This document shows, one piece after another, positions 39,816 through 51,038 of a stretch of 64,000 bases of DNA. The DNA comes from Octopus bimaculoides (taxonomy: Eukaryota): contig NC_068989.1 of the NCBI RefSeq assembly GCF_001194135.2, positions 93,967,345-94,031,344 of the forward strand. Direction: 5' to 3'. A model generated the notes under the pieces. It was not told where the DNA came from, did no database searches, and saw only the letters and a list, made by a program, of their open reading frames with translations. Positions within the stretch are counted from its first letter, which is position 1. Every line of letters begins with the position of its first letter. A program made the translations under genes and the position numbers.

Positions 39816-39947
39816 AGCGAGCGTGTACCTACATTAACATATAAATATATACATAGACAGGCGAGGTGGTTCCCGGGGACAGTGGAAGTCAATCATAAAT
39901 CAACATTAAATGCCGCCACAGCATACTGATTCTTCAGTATCTGTAAG

Positions 39948-39962
39948 ATGGAGGCGAGGAGA
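39948..39962 (+). CDS. Candidate first coding exon MEARR
   Basis: AAG-ATG-G start context, consensus donor AGA|GTGAGT, local CpG enrichment (about 39800-40070) and a TCAGT initiator-like motif just upstream. Confidence 0.3.
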
Positions 39963-40216
39963 GTGAGTGTGTTTTTGTACGTATCTATAAAACACCATAG
40001 TCGCGTCGCTAAATTCTAATTAACCGCTCAAGTGTGCAGCTGTGTTTTTGGGCATCCGCCTCCGACGTAATTGTCTTACCTTTTAATGGCTTTATTTGAT
40101 GAAATATCTTTATCAAAGTAAGAATAGTACCAGGTCATTGTATACTTATCGAAATAATATTTTCTAACTTTTTAATTCTTAAAATACGTGTTTTATGCAT
40201 GATTGGCTACATGTAG

Positions 40217-40261
40217 ATCCGTCACCTTTTAAAAAACGAACTGTATCCATTCCATGTCATT
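40217..40261 (+). CDS. Candidate 45-nt exon IRHLLKNELYPFHVI
   Basis: Phase 0-0 and in frame with MEARR. Donor ATT|GTAAGC is good; the acceptor pyrimidine tract is weak. Confidence 0.2.
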
Positions 40262-40337
40262 GTAAGCTATGAAACCCTGTATGCAACCAGCTACAAGCAA
40301 TTAACTGAGCGTTCATTGAAGGAGATACCCTTTGAAA

Positions 40338-40445
40338 AGTCACCTGACGAGACACAGCTGTACCGAAGGATGCACCACAACCATTTGTCCAGAATCTCAC
40401 TCGCGTGTGACCGACGCGAGATGAGTCGAAACAATTGTTGTGATT
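40338..40445 (+). ncRNA. Type I hammerhead ribozyme with intact core and large stem II insert
   Basis: AGTCAC-CTGACGA-GAC-(71 nt)-GTC-GAA-ACAATTGT-T-GTGATT. All core nucleotides are present, stem III is palindromic, and the predicted cut follows GUU at 40439. Confidence 0.75.
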
Positions 40446-40486
40446 AATAAAGAAAGTCATGAATTTCATTGTCTCTTTTTCTCATG

Positions 40487-40540
40487 TGGCGAGCTGGCAG
40501 AAATGTTAGCACGCCGGCCGAAATACTTGACCGCAGTGAA
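40487..40540 (+). mobile_element. SINE family A head fragment
   Basis: GGCGAGCTGGCAGAAATGTTAGCACGCCGGCCGAAATACTT. Confidence 0.75.
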
Positions 40541-41216
40541 CGTGCTTTATTTTGCATACTGCCATGTGTACACACAAGTCTCAAATAATTACTTACATAT
40601 ATATATGTGTGTGTCTATCTGTCTGTTTTTATACAAATATTATATACTTCTTTCATTCTGCAAAAACCTTGTCAGTGCAAATTTCAAATTAAGATCTAAA
40701 AGAGAAGCTTACTTTTAGAAATACGTAGAGTCTACCAAGAATCTATGAGATCAATATAAGACCGAGAAGAACACGTATAATTGTTTCTGCTCTTCTTGTG
40801 TCAACGTCCAAAAATACATGAAATTGTATGAGTATTTTACAGGATAAAAATTGCCGGCCTTTACTTTCGCTTTAGGCTTCTAAGACGACGTTGCACTCAA
40901 TCAAAATTCTTCAAAATTTTCAAACCGATTGCACTTTCAAAGATTATCTCTAATTGTGTGTGCCACTATCTATGTTTCATTCAATATATTCGTTTTTAAT
41001 ACATTTTCACTCTTTTTATTTTCCCCAAATTTTAACGCGACAGTGGATTAACGCTACTGTGTAGAATTGTGTTGATTTCTTTTGAAGTTGAGTTCGTTAC
41101 AATTCCCATTTACTTTTTCATTCATTCAACCTCAGTATCCCAAATAGATAGCAAAATAATAAAAAAAGATCAGAGTACTCTTTTGTAAATGCTAGTCTTA
41201 TGAAAGAATGAATATG

Positions 41217-41260
<44 letters not shown>

Positions 41261-42115
41261 TAGAATGCTACGCCTTCATAAATACATATATGTATTATTG
41301 GTTAGGCGTTTATTTCAATAATTTTTATTAAAATATATATTGATAATATAAGTATGTCTTGAATTTATGAAAATATTGTGAGAAATTTTTTTTTTTGTTC
41401 AGTAAGACACTTCAAACAAATATTATGTGAGCTCCAGCTTGAAATAATTGGGAATTATTAGGACTTGGGTAAAAATTAGGTGGTAACGAAATAAAACACG
41501 CCAGCACAATCTTGAGTGAAAATAGTATTTGTTATATTAGCACCTGTTATATAAGTTTCAGGAATATTCTTTAGAATAAAAGTTTGACATCTCCTCCGGA
41601 ATCTATGGTTCATCACTACTCCAAATAAAGTTTTTAATTAGGCAAACGTCTGTGAATATAATTCCAATAGCCTAACAGGCGCCATTCATATATGTATGTA
41701 TATATAGTGATGTAGGTATACTATATATGGGTGTGTGTACAAATATGGAAATGTATGGATATGAATATATATATATAGTATATACATATACACGCGTGCG
41801 TGCATTTGAGTGTGTAAACACGCCCGTGTTTATCTGTAGTAAACATGTGTATTTGTTTACAATGTGGAATGCAGTTCTTAAGAAAATTATTTTCTCTGAA
41901 ATATCATTAATGAATCTACAACTGCACACACACACAGACATATATGTATACAAACACATGTATATGCACGTATATTTATAAATATACGTGTGTATATATA
42001 TATATACGTGTATATATATATATGTGTGTGTGTGTGTGTATGTATATATATATATATATATATATGTCAAGAATAGATGTCAACAATTAAGGGGGTTGAG
42101 TACGAGTTTTACGAG

Positions 42116-42177
42116 TCCAACAGCTGTTTCTGGGGTCTTGGAAGTCATCGAATACCACCAGCTTCCGTCTTCAGGGA
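42116..42177 (-). ncRNA. Hammerhead-like motif, inverted upstream of a PLE ORF
   Basis: TCC-CTGAAGA-CGG...CCC-A-GAA-ACAGCTGT-T-GGA. Palindromic stem III; stems I and II are weak. Confidence 0.5.
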
Positions 42178-42384
42178 AGAATTTTACAATTATGGTGCTG
42201 ACAGAATTGAGTTTAAAGACGGAATGATTTTGTGGAGAACTAAGTGCATTGGAGTTTCTCCACTATATTGTGGCATTTTACTAAAGAATCCATGAAAATC
42301 GGATTATTTCCATCCCCTTGAAGGAAATTGTTTTTCCTCAGATTGAATGATATATATATATAAATTATTATATATATATATATA

Positions 42385-43880
42385 ACTGGCCCAGAATGCC
42401 CTACTCACCGACTAAGCAATGTCATTGCATTGTTTTGAAACTACTATGTACCTCCATACCAAATTTCATCCGGAATGACATCGATTTCCTCACCCATTTT
42501 TCCAAAGCAACTGAAACAAATTCACTTCTATTTGGGTTTGGTGTGGCTAGCCTTTACACCAATATTTCACATGATTCAGGAATGGGTGTCATTAGATACT
42601 GGGTAGAAAAACAGAAGCGATTCCCAACAGATTCACAGTACCATTTATATTAGATACTGTCTTATTCTGGAAAACAACACATTCTTCTTCAATGGAAATA
42701 ATTACATCCAAATTAAAGGCACGGCGATGGGAGCGAGGTTTCCTCCCGATTACGTGAACTTTGTAATGGGATATTTAGAACAGTAACTCTACCAAGGAGT
42801 AGAGGAAAACTATAGCACTGAATTCAGAAATTATATTGAAAAGGCACGGAAGAGATACCTTGACGATTGTTTCATAATCTGGACAGAATCTCCAAACACT
42901 ATGGAAGAGTTTAATATCCTCCTGAACAACCTACATTCATCTCTCCAATTTACAAAGGAAATGAGTAGAACCAAATTACCATTCCTAGATATAATGGTAA
43001 TTAAAAAGGACACCACCATTACCACAGATATATACTACGGACATACATCAATACCTGACTTTTAAGTCTTGCCATCCACCACATACAAAACGCAACATCC
43101 CATACTGGCTAGCCAGAAGAATGTGTGCCATTGTAGAAGATGCGAATGTCAAGAACAAACGCTTAACAGAACTAAGAGAATTTTTGCTCAAACAAAAATA
43201 CCCGTCTCTACTTATAGAAAAAAGCATACAGAGGGCTATAAAAATACCCATACAACAACTGAGGACAACCTAAAAAAGAGGAAAACAGGAACACGTCATA
43301 CCATTTATTGTGACACACAACCCACGTCACCAGAATATCTTCAACATTACCAAAGCAAACTTACCAATCATTGCTCAAAGTAATGAATTAGGAGATATAA
43401 TCACAGACTTAGCTATGGTTCTTAGTAAAAGACAACCGAAAAACTTGAAAAAATATTGAGCCAAAGTTCGGCCTTAGCAACAAAGACCAATCATTCACTG
43501 TATCCAAATGCAATGATAGCCGATGTGACACATGCTAATTCATACATACCGGCAAATCTATGGACACAAAAACCGGAAAAATATTCACAAATGCAAATAT
43601 CAACTTCAAAAGCAGAAATTTAATTTACTGCATCAAATGCCCGAATTGTGAAGAACTATCTGTGGGTCAGACTGGAAATGCGCTATCGAAACTTTCACTT
43701 GTGCACCGACAGCAAATTAGAGTCCCAGGTGCCGGTCAGATACCCTTGAGTAACCATCTCGCAACGTGCGGTCAGAAGATATTTACGTTTCTATTCAACA
43801 AACTACACAATCCAAGTTAAATTGAGAGAAACATCAGAGAAAAGAACTTAATTAATAAATTCCAACTCAAGCTAAATAAA
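42385..43880 (+). mobile_element. Penelope-like element, RT plus GIY-YIG endonuclease (decayed)
   Basis: Motifs GPECPTHRLS, FGVASLYTNISH, QIKGTAMG, RYLDD, LPFLD and NLIYCIKCPNC..VGQTG..HRQQI. Several frameshifts. Confidence 0.93.
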
Positions 43881-44365
43881 CAATAATACTAATACTTAGA
43901 GGGACTATTTATACTGCTACGACCACTACTACTACTACTATCAACAACAACAACAATAGTAAAGGTGCTCATGATGACGATATCAGGAAAGTCAAGAGCA
44001 AAGCCAATAAAAATAATCTTATTTTGGGGCTTAAAGTTCTATAACAACAGCTACTCCTGCCACCACCACCAACGACGACAAGTGTAATAAAGGAGATGGT
44101 GATTATGATAATTGAAATGTAAGATCCATGGGAAAATATTGCTTACAACATTTCTAAAAATAACCGAACTGTTACTGCTTTGGCCAGGGTCAAAATACAG
44201 GTCTCTTGACACGATCAACAAACCGTGACGCCTAAACTAAACACCAATCAGCTTAAGTAATTTAATGAAGCCACGCACTGATTGGTCAGTATACAGTTTG
44301 CAAATATTAACATTTTGGAGCCTATACAAATGTATTTAAGGCACAAAGTTGAGCCATCTCACTGC

Positions 44366-44552
44366 AGTTGTAAATTGTAAAACAGAACTGTCACCACTAC
44401 TACATGAAACTGAAAATTGCATTGCTAAATGTATGACAGTTCTAGGTCAATCAAAATGGACATTTAATATTCTATCATTTCATTATATTATCTTATATCA
44501 TTATAAGGATTTTTAAATAAAACGTGAGAATCAAAGTTGGAGTTTCCTTGAA
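44366..44552 (+). repeat. Dispersed repeat, direct copy of 39544-39725
   Basis: Lies about 0.5 kb downstream of the PLE ORF and shares the 37-bp identical core. Confidence 0.8.
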
Positions 44553-44879
44553 TCACATCTAACTCTTCGAAACAACAGTGTTTTAATGGTGGCAGCTGAT
44601 GAAGGATATGGTCCCTATGTGGCCTGCGAGTTTTTTCTTTGTACCTTGTTTATCATTTTGTCCATGTCTTTTTGCAACGTCATGTACCTAGATATGTATC
44701 TATATGTACATGTAGATGAAGGTATGTACATATATATGCATATACTCAAATATTGCTTGTTTGTGTATATATATATATATATAATTTGGAAGGGAAATAG
44801 AAATATTAGAATTTTCTGCTACCAGTTGCCTAGCGTGTAAAAGTTTAGTCCAAATGACTTTATATTATTCATATAAATA

Positions 44880-45156
44880 CAGCGTATATTTAAACACATA
44901 AGAGGTATCCATCATATGATTCCCTCACCATAGAAAGAACAGCTAAGTTCCCAAACCATATTAGGGCTAAAATTTCGAAAGGAATGAAAAATAAAAACAT
45001 TTACCATCTAGTTTTCTGGACCAATGTTTTCTGATTTTATTATAGCAAATTTCCTTTCGAAATGTTATCCCTAATAGAGGTTTTAGAACTTAGCTGTTAT
45101 TTCTAGCATGAAGGAATCGTATGATGGGTACCTCTTATGTGTTTAAATGTATACTG
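44880..45156. mobile_element. Foldback MITE (~110-bp imperfect TIRs, TA flanks), related to 30272-30551
   Basis: Arms share ATTTAAACACATAAGAGGTA.CCATCATA.GATTCC. The spacer GAAAAATAAAAACATTTACCA is shared with the 30272 element. Confidence 0.85.
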
Positions 45157-46127
45157 TATTTGCATATATATATATCTGTGTGCGTGTGTAAGCGTCAAAC
45201 TAATACATGTTTGTTTACACATCCGTCTTCGTCTTTCGTAAATTTTCACTACATTTAAATATATATACGAGCACGCACATATTTGTACGTATGTAAATCT
45301 GTGTATATGTGTTATATACAGACACACACACCCGCACATGCATATATTATTTATATATGTATGTGTGTATATCTGTATGTGTGAGCGCATGTAAGAATGT
45401 GATTTGAGCATAATCTGTATATAGGGATTTTTATTCTCTGAATAACCTAAAATATGTCTTAAGTTAACCACATCACTGCTAAACTCTTTTCTATGGCTCT
45501 TCGTGGCATTATTGATCTCTTCAACTTTACTCTGTATTAGCGTTCCAGTTATGGTATATTTCGTTTTAACGATGTATATCGCTAGTTCTGCTTATTTAAT
45601 GCTCAAATAAATTCATGACTTGTTTAATTCTGAACGAAATCACTTTCTTCTCCATCTGCGTAAAATACTGTAAAGAGACTTTTTTCACAATGAACACATC
45701 TTAAACTATGTTTATGTTGCTTAATCCCCAGAAATAATGGGAGAATATGCAAATCCATTGCTTAATAGATTATTATTTAATATTTTCTTAATATTTTGTC
45801 AGATATGTTGGCGAAGTTTATTGCTAATGAAGCTGAGCCTTCATATTAGAAGCGATAAGGTATTTAACATATTGGCTATGTAACTTCCAAAATAGCGCCG
45901 CATCCACTGAGGATTTTTCAGTGAAAATCGTCAGACACACCTGAAAGGAAGAATGTAGTTTGTGCAGATGTATATCTAGACACATATGAGCACATTCATA
46001 CACATACATATTTAAATGTGTGTGTGTGTGTGTGGGGGGGTTCAAATCTACAGCAAGCAAAAGACAAAGAGAGGTGAGAAAACAACAAGCAGGTGTATCA
46101 GTTTGACGCTCCGGGAGAATGGAAAAG

Positions 46128-46166
46128 TCTTTGACGTTTCAGGCCTTTGACTTTTCCACAGAAAGA
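46128..46166 (-). ncRNA. Decayed hammerhead-like motif within a ~130-bp repeat
   Basis: TCTTT-CTGTGGA-(broken stem II)-GAAACGTC-AAAGA. The flanking repeat is shared with 49960-50100. Confidence 0.4.
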
Positions 46167-46854
46167 GATGAAAGGAAAAAAATGGCGAGAGAGAGAGAAA
46201 AATAAAAAACGAAGAGGAAAAAATATGTATAATGGCACCGACGTCAAACTTGCATTTCATAGACTCCGAGTCGATGAAATAAAAACCAGCAGGCTACTGT
46301 GTCGATGCTTACCCTTTCTTGAAACAACTGGCATTGTACTAAAATTAGAAAGAATTATTATTATTATTAGATAAAGTCTGCTACCTCTCAACCCACTACG
46401 TTATAAGAGGCTGTAAACTTGAACGCATGGAACGCAGAAACATAAAAGAAATTCATATAATATAGTCAATATAGAGATATATACCGGGCAGAACTATTTA
46501 CTAGATTAATTATGAAACGGACGAAGCCACGCAACACCACGTAAACAAGTCTAGAGATTTCTGTGCCGACCAGAAATAATATTGTTCAACATAATCAAAT
46601 AATTAGCAATACAACTCGAATCAATTATGTATTTAATATAGTTTGTTTTGATTAGTAACAGAGGACTAGAAGTTTATGCAGTCAGGAAAATGAAAACAAG
46701 CCGTTAGACAGCAATCACAGGACAATCTATTAGACGCGTCATTTAGCATTCGATTTGGTGGAGTGTTAGAAAGACAGGCAGGCCGTTTACTGGAAGTTCA
46801 AAAGTTTGCAATGAGAGCCAGTTTCCGAAAAAAGAATTGCTGATTAAAAAAGAC

Positions 46855-47122
46855 AACGCTCCGCCGGTTATGACGATGAGTGTTCCAGTTGAGCCGATCA
46901 ACGAAATAGACAGGTCGGAAACTTAACGTGCAAATGACTGAGCCACAGGCATAATTCTCAGGGAAACTCAGCCTGGCACAGAATGTGATAATGTTGGTCT
47001 TTTGAAATACAGGTGCTACTCATTTTCGTCAGCTGATTGGACTGCAGCAAGGTAATATAATGACACAACGTGCTGCCGGATCTCGAACTCACGATTTCCA
47101 AATACTCTAACTACGGAGCAAC
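46855..47122 (-). mobile_element. Diverged SINE, long family
   Basis: GTTCCAGTTGAGCCGATCAAC, TTAACGTGCAA and CTCGAACTCACGA match the 14106 and 31492 copies. Confidence 0.7.
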
Positions 47123-47799
47123 GAATCTTCATATTGCTGATGTTGTGAAATATATTTGCTTTTTACGAGTAGTGTTAACACTTTCGAACGAATGGTCATG
47201 TGAAAGAAATGTTTATGAGAGACCAAGCCTTTGCAGGCAAATACGGAAATGTAATTCCTAAATCTAAAAATGAAGATTATCATTGATTCGATTGTTTGCA
47301 AATAGAAATGTAAAAATACTGACTGCTTAAGAATTTCAGTTAAAATTCAAATCCATGGGTGTAGAATAATCTCGAAAAATGCATGAATGTCATATGGAAC
47401 AGCATTTCTCAGGTTATATAAGTAAAGCGCATGGCGCCATTCAGGTAATCAGATGTAGTGATTATCGATGCAATCAGTAAAAATCCAAATGGATTATTTT
47501 CTCTGCTATAAATGTAAATGAAAATATTTTTAATGGGAAAGACGATGCAAGAGTGTCTGTAGTCTGAAAGGAATATACTTGGAAATGCAAGTTTGGTATC
47601 TTCTTGACAATATAAACATAGGAATAAACATATAACATATTAAGGAACGATTTAATAATGAATAGTGATTGTAGGAAATAATATTGACTCTTCACATTGG
47701 AATAACATCACGCATTTTGGAGTGCGAGTAGTTGATTCATGAAACGATGGTATGTGACTAGTATTTTGCGTTCATGATCCCTCGAGCAATGAAAGGCAA

Positions 47800-49800
47800 T
47801 GTCGAGCGTAGACACAATTAGAGCAGCTCATTTGTTTTGTTTTTATTCTTTTGTTTTTTTTTCTGTGCTACCATTCGAAAGCTCCGCATACCGGAAACCA
47901 GCAACTGAATGGGGTCATAGGAAAGGATGTGCGCCGTTTAGGAGCCTACCTCTCGACGGCATCATTGCACACCGCCACGGCCCCCACTCACTGAAATGAC
48001 GCCCCGCTTGCTAGATCAACTGGTTATCAGATATAGCTCAATATACTTGTAGCCATCGCTCATCTTCTCTTTTTAACCAAATCAAGTGGTTAGCCATTTC
48101 CACTGTGGTTTGGATATCGGTCATGGTGGTATTTACTTAACGATGAGTTACGGCTAACGATAACAACAGTTGCCTCACACTGTGTCCAATGGATCATTTA
48201 CATCCCACTTCGACTGCAAAATGCTCTGTTGTCCATCCCGCGCCTTCACATTCCGCGAGAAGGTTTACATAACGGTGAATCATTCGAGTCCGAACAGCGT
48301 CCATGTTATCTTCATGAGGACTCGTTAACTTGACTAGATTCACCACTTTCTTCACACCACATTATAATATCCGGTTTCTTTGTAACTGGGATGGGAAAGA
48401 ATCCATGGCATCCTGGTAAATCTGCAGCCACCTCTAAATAGCCGTTCTACTTTTCATCGCGCACATGAAGTTTCTTCTTGATGAAATAGATATGCTGCCC
48501 TGAGTGCATGAAGGTAAAGAAATCTCTGGTTGGTTCTTTCAATGGTTTTTTTTCCACTGTTGATGAGAACGATTTAGTTCTTTATAGCCTTGAAGATAAC
48601 CTTAAGGACCAGGTTGTGTCTCCATGTATATGTATTCAATGCAAGTGAACAGTTGGAGAGAATGTTTCAGTGTTCCGACTTTTCGCATTTGCATATTTCA
48701 TTCTCTGAGATGTTCCATCTTACTAGACTGCCGGTGATGGGAAGACATCATAGCTGAGATGTGGTCAACATCCATATCTCATTCCAACTTATTTTTTCTC
48801 AACAACATGTTCTTCTCATTTCGTCATCTGTCCTTGTTGAACGCATTGGATCAAATGAAGTTCTCCTCTCTCTGTTTCTCTTATTTCTACGTTGTTGCTA
48901 ACAATAGATCTGCGTTCGTTCGGCATCATACTTGCAAACGGCCTGAACCGATCTGCGCCAAAACCAAGTTCCTTCCAATGAATTTGCGTTGCACCCACCA
49001 TATCATGGTGTGTAATCGAAGAGAGAATGCCATAAGTCTCTGCTTCTGCTTTCCACTTCCTGATCGTTTTTACATCTGGTGGATTACGCCTGATTTCGAT
49101 GTCCTTCGACTTTCTCAGCATCATCACCGTTCGTACCTTCCCTAGTTTATAAATTTCGACTATTGACGCCAGTGGTAACTGTAACGAACCTCTTTTACGA
49201 TAGAGAGCTGAACTGTTCAATACCCGAAGTAGGACTAACATATTACACTTTTGTTCAATGATTTGAACTCGTGACAGTGCCATCTGGTATATTAATAGTA
49301 GCCACGATCATCGCGTATACAAGACCACATGTAAGCACCATATTTTCTATTTACCTGATAGCATTGAGTTATCAACTGATGTTAACCCATCCTCGGTTTG
49401 TTTCGTAATTTTCATTTTGCGAATCCTCTCTGACAACGTTTCAGCATATACACGCTTCAAGCTCTTGGCGAGTTCCTCCTTCACTGTTGGAATTCTTTCT
49501 TCATCTATTTTAAACTTAACTTCTTTTAGCACTCGCTTAATAAATGCCTTACTATGCAACTTCTTTTTTATTTGCTCTGAATCGCTTCTTTGACCATTTC
49601 ACAATCTCGTCTAACCTCAAGAGGGCACTCTGCATGATTTGCTTGTCTGTTGATTGAAGTGTCACGTCATCCATGAATGCTTTTTTAGGTGATTGTACAT
49701 GACAATTTGTTCCGAAAAGTCCACTGCCTTCAAAATCACCTTCGTGACACATTGTGCAGCCAGCGGCAATACCAAAATTCTGTTTTACTCATGGCAGCGC
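47800..49800 (-). mobile_element. 5'-truncated Hero-like (RLE clade) non-LTR retrotransposon
   Basis: RT motif AFMDD; SALYRKRGSLQLPL..RKWKA..VGATQ; zinc knuckle C..C...ILSNCSLALNTYTWRHN; RLE region LTSPHEDN..GWTTEHFAVEVGC; A-rich 3' end near 47830-47870. Confidence 0.88.
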
Positions 49801-50039
49801 ATGTTATCGATCTGAAAGTCAACATTAGCGGAATTTCAACTCGGAACGTGGATACGGACGTAATGCCGATAATCATGTTGCACAACTCGCCACTTTGGGA
49901 CATACATAAATACATATATGTGTGCGTGTTTGTTTGTGTATGTATATGTAGTGAGAATTTACAAAAAAAGCAAAAGACGAAGACAAGTGTGTAAACAACA
50001 AACATATGTATTAGTTTAACGCTCGGGGAGTGAGAAAGT

Positions 50040-50075
50040 CTTTTAAGTTTCGAGCCTACGCTTTTCGACAGAAAG
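50040..50075 (-). ncRNA. Decayed hammerhead-like motif
   Basis: CTTT-CTGTCGA-A-AAGC(GTAG)GCTC-GAAAC-TTA-AAAG. Confidence 0.4.
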
Positions 50076-50979
50076 GAACACAGAAATAAACAGGGAGAGA
50101 AATAGAAAATGGTTTAGTGGCGAGTATNNNNNNNNNNNNNNNNNNNNNNNNNNNNNNNNNNNNNNNNNNNNNNNNNNNNNNNNNNNNNNNNNNNNNNNNN
50201 NNNNNNNNNNNNNNNNNNNNNNNNNNNNNNNNNNNNNNNNNNNNNNNNNNNNNNNNNNNNNNNNNNNNNNNNNNNNNNNNNNNNNNNNNNNNNNNNNNNN
50301 NNNNNNNNNNNNNNNNNNNNNNNNNNNNNNNNNNNNNNNNNNNNNNNNNNNNNNNNNNNNNNNNNNNNNNNNNNNNNNNNNNNNNNNNNNNNNNNNNNNN
50401 NNNNNNNNNNNNNNNNNNNNNNNNNNNNNNNNNNNNNNNNNNNNNNNNNNNNNNNNNNNNNNNNNNNNNNNNNNNNNNNNNNNNNNNNNNNNNNNNNNNN
50501 NNNNNNNNNNNNNNNNNNNNNNNNNNNNNNNNNNNNNNNNNNNNNNNNNNNNNNNNNNNNNNNNNNNNNNNNNNNNNNNNNNNNNNNNNNNNNNNNNNNN
50601 NNNNNNNNNNNNNNNNNNNNNNNNNNNNNNNNNNNNNNNNNNNNNNNNNNNNNNNNNNNNNNNNNNNNNNNNNNNNNNNNNNNNNNNNNNNNNNNNNNNN
50701 NNNNNNNNNNNNNNNNNNNNNNNNNNNNNNNNNNNNNNNNNNNNNNNNNNNNNNNNNNNNNNNNNNNNNNNNNNNNNNNNNNNNNNNNNNNNNATATATA
50801 TATATATATATATAAGTTATCTCCTTAACAACTCTAATGAAACGAAACCAACTACAAAGTTTACTAAAGAAATACCATATGAATGTCTTCGAATTTGGCA
50901 TATTTAGCGTCTTCCTACTTTTACGCTTAACAAATTCTTCTGGCATCACATGATTCCTCTTACCACATCTATCTTAGTA

Positions 50980-51038
<59 letters not shown>

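Noticed and set aside
43966-44000. TGCTC-ATGATGA..GAAA-GTC..GAGCA after the PLE ORF
   Set aside because: C3 is changed, stem III is missing and stem II is poor; too degenerate to call.
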